DNA from: Tubulanus polymorphus
Taxonomy: Eukaryota > Animalia > Nemertea
Length of the DNA: 64,000 bases
Reading direction: 5' to 3'
Assembly: GCF_964204645.1 (NCBI RefSeq)
Contig: NC_134027.1
Span: 17,632,560-17,696,559 of the forward strand
The position numbers and the translations under genes were made by a program. Within the stretch, counting starts at the first letter, position 1. Each line of letters starts with the position of its first letter. Shown here one piece after another: positions 61,928 to 64,000 of the stretch. The notes beneath the pieces are model-generated. The model searched no databases. It worked only from the letters and a program-made list of their open reading frames with translations, and was not told the DNA's origin.

Positions 61928-62305
61928 CAATTGGAATGCTTTTCCAATTCCGACCGGCGTTCTGAACTTCATTTTTTCGGCCAAGTTTAGCTTTTTCGCA
62001 AGGTACCCCGAGCTGTTTGTCGAAGCAACGAAATCGTTTTTAGTAGCAGCCATCGACACTTTCGATTTATAATATGCGACTAACTTGCTCGTGCATACGT
62101 GACAAAGATGGTACCCAACACGTGTAGAATATGGTGTCAAATCAGCGATATCTTTCGAACAATTCAGAAAATCCGATTGAATTAAGTCCGATATATTGCA
62201 ATCCAATTTCGGTAAGTTGGAATTTAGTGGATTTCTCTTGAAATGTCCATTCGAATAACGTTGAAATCGCACTGCACAATTAGCGCATCTCCCTGCATCA
62301 ACCAT
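61928..62305 (-). pseudogene. First exon of the AcademH-type transposase (CxxC...CxxC zinc finger), cut by the Maverick
   Basis: MVDAGRCANC...LCHVC; same strand as the 38939-43781 exons; the ORF runs directly into the Maverick TIR. Confidence 0.65.
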
Positions 62306-62369
62306 CTTAATAACGTTAATCCTACTATAATAACGACAGATTATATTGTCCGAAACGGTTTCTTTCTAC

Positions 62370-62863
62370 TGTTGATTCGACGTTTCGACTATACTGTATA
62401 CTTGGCAACTGCAGGAATACTGAGTATCGACAAAAATTGTGAAATATATATATACCCAGATCAAAGAGACTAATCAAGTAATCAGAAATGATACAAACTA
62501 TAGGAATAATAAACCGTAGAAACAGTTACAAGTTAAACAGATAAAAGAGACAAACTAGGGGATTTATTCAATAATACAATAGAGATATAAAATCAATTGA
62601 TGGATATCAAAGTGGCAAACTCGGGGTAAATTAAATCAAAACAATAGTGCATATCAGTTGAGTTATTGATATTTAATGAATTTATATTTACAGTCACTAT
62701 TGTACTATATAATTAACACCTAGTTTGCTCGTCTTTAATCGGTTTACCTTGTAACTGTTTCTATGTTAAGTTTCCCTTAGCGTTTGTGTGTATTCATAAA
62801 CTCTATTTTAACTTAAATCCCTCTAAATACGTCGAAACATATAGTCGAAACGACGAATCAACA
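62370..62863. promoter_or_regulatory. 24-bp inverted motif pair in the divergent intergenic region
   Basis: tgttgattcgacgtttcgactata (62370-62393) and tatagtcgaaacgacgaatcaaca (62840-62863) match at 23 of 24 positions. Confidence 0.55.
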
Positions 62864-62962
62864 ACTAGTTCTCAAGGAAACCTTTTTCGGACGTTGTATT
62901 TTTTCATTTTTATTGTGGAATCCTCTATTGATAAAACAATTATTCATTCGTTAGTGCACGAA

Positions 62963-63935
62963 ATGTATAAGTGTAAACGTGATGAAGCTGGAAAAACAAA
63001 TTTTGCAAAGAATGTGGAGAAAACTATGTCCAAATTTGGATATAATTTTGTGTTAAAGCCTCAACAAATGAATGTGATAGAATTAATTGTAAAATATCGG
63101 GGTAATGTACTCGCACTTTTGCCAACTGGTTATGGAAAAAGCTCCTGCTACATATTACCACCTTTAGTTCTTGACCAACAAGTGAGTAGTTTATTCATAT
63201 TCATATACATTCTTGTTCACATTAGTATTTTATTTAGTATTGTATTGGTATTGTGTTCACATACATTTTAAATATTCAAATTCGTATTACAGGTGAAAAA
63301 AGGCTCGCATCATATTGCGATCGTAATATCGCCTTTGAGAAGTCTGATGTATGATCAGGTAACGGATTTTAATTCGCGCGGGATTGCCGTCATTGCTTTA
63401 TCCAGTGAAACAACACAATATGAGTTAGAAGGTATGAAATTGAATGACATCTGAAATATACAATTTCCATGAATGTTCGTGCAAATTTTGTATATGTTTT
63501 TTTCATGTATATGTCTAGAATTAGCAAACGGGAAATATTCCATTGTTTACGCGAGACCCGAGATGATATTGAAAAAGAAGTGCCTAGATATGCTTCTTTC
63601 TCCCCAATATCAGAAGGAGGTTTTCCTTGTAGCCATCGACGAAGCCCACAGCATCTCACAGTGTTAAGTGTCATCATGGAAGGTGTAATTAAAGCTGGAA
63701 TGAATGATCTTTACAATTGATTCATCCTATAGTTCCAATACAACTCATTTTTCACTAGGGGTGATGATTTCCGAACCGATTACAGCAAGCTGTCTATTTT
63801 ACGGAGCTTTTTCAGCAACGAATCGACCTCATTTCTTTTGCTGACAGCTACTTCGACAGAAAAAGTAAAATCGGATATCCTGACTTCGATGGCGCTTGAA
63901 GGCGATTGCGGAATCATTGCCGTCGTTCCAGATAG
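62963..63935 (+). pseudogene. RecQ-like SF2 helicase, exons 62963-63181, 63293-63431, 63519-63663, 63759-63935 (continues beyond the window)
   Basis: LPTGYGKS, VISPLRSLMYDQ, AIDEAHSISQW-GDDFRTDY, LLTAT; the exon-3 donor reads TTAAGT instead of GTAAGT. Confidence 0.88.
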
Positions 63936-64000
63936 GTATAGTTTTGATATCAAAATGCAGTTTATTTAAAAATGATCTAGAAATGTTTTACTACTATGTG

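Larger units (their letters stand above)
38939..64000. mobile_element. AcademH/AcademHP-type DNA transposon (transposase + RecQ-like helicase), interrupted by a HINE and the Maverick; termini not identified
   Basis: Divergent intron-containing DUF6589-like/PHD gene and RecQ-like gene; a transposase plus RecQ-like helicase is the gene content described for AcademH. Confidence 0.75.

Noticed and set aside
62378-62395. gtcgaaacgt motif resembling a hammerhead half
   Set aside because: No CUGANGA core at the required distance; better explained as the inverted intergenic motif.

Overview
AT-rich eukaryotic (animal, probably marine invertebrate) genomic DNA made almost entirely of nested mobile elements; at most one short host-like exon is visible. 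The main feature is a nearly complete ~17.7-kb endogenous Maverick/Polinton-like virus (44228-61927). It encodes protein-primed PolB, an rve integrase with chromodomain, a packaging ATPase, putative major and minor capsid proteins, an NCLDV-type HNH nuclease and several membrane proteins, but no recognisable adenain protease. Two traits are unusual. First, each terminal inverted repeat begins with a ~270-bp mismatched palindrome resembling a hairpin telomere; a second, diverged copy at 33.5 kb has a different-sequence branched hairpin in the same position. Second, nearly every gene starts at TAAATG preceded by either a T-tract or a TTTAATAAAAA box, closely resembling poxvirus late and intermediate promoters. 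Together these suggest (inference) a virophage-like Maverick lineage dependent on a cytoplasmic pox-like helper virus. The virus sits inside an intron-containing AcademHP-type DNA transposon (DUF6589-like transposase with PHD fingers on the minus strand, divergent RecQ-like helicase on the plus strand). Three more decayed fragments of the same viral lineage lie at 1-1610, 29050-31148 and 33496-34930. The rest comprises a BEL/Pao LTR element with a full-length CR1/L2-type LINE and a Penelope-like hammerhead insert nested in it, other LINE, Gypsy and THAP remnants, Helentron-type HINEs and Harbinger-type MITEs. All family assignments come from motifs read by eye; no database searches were run.
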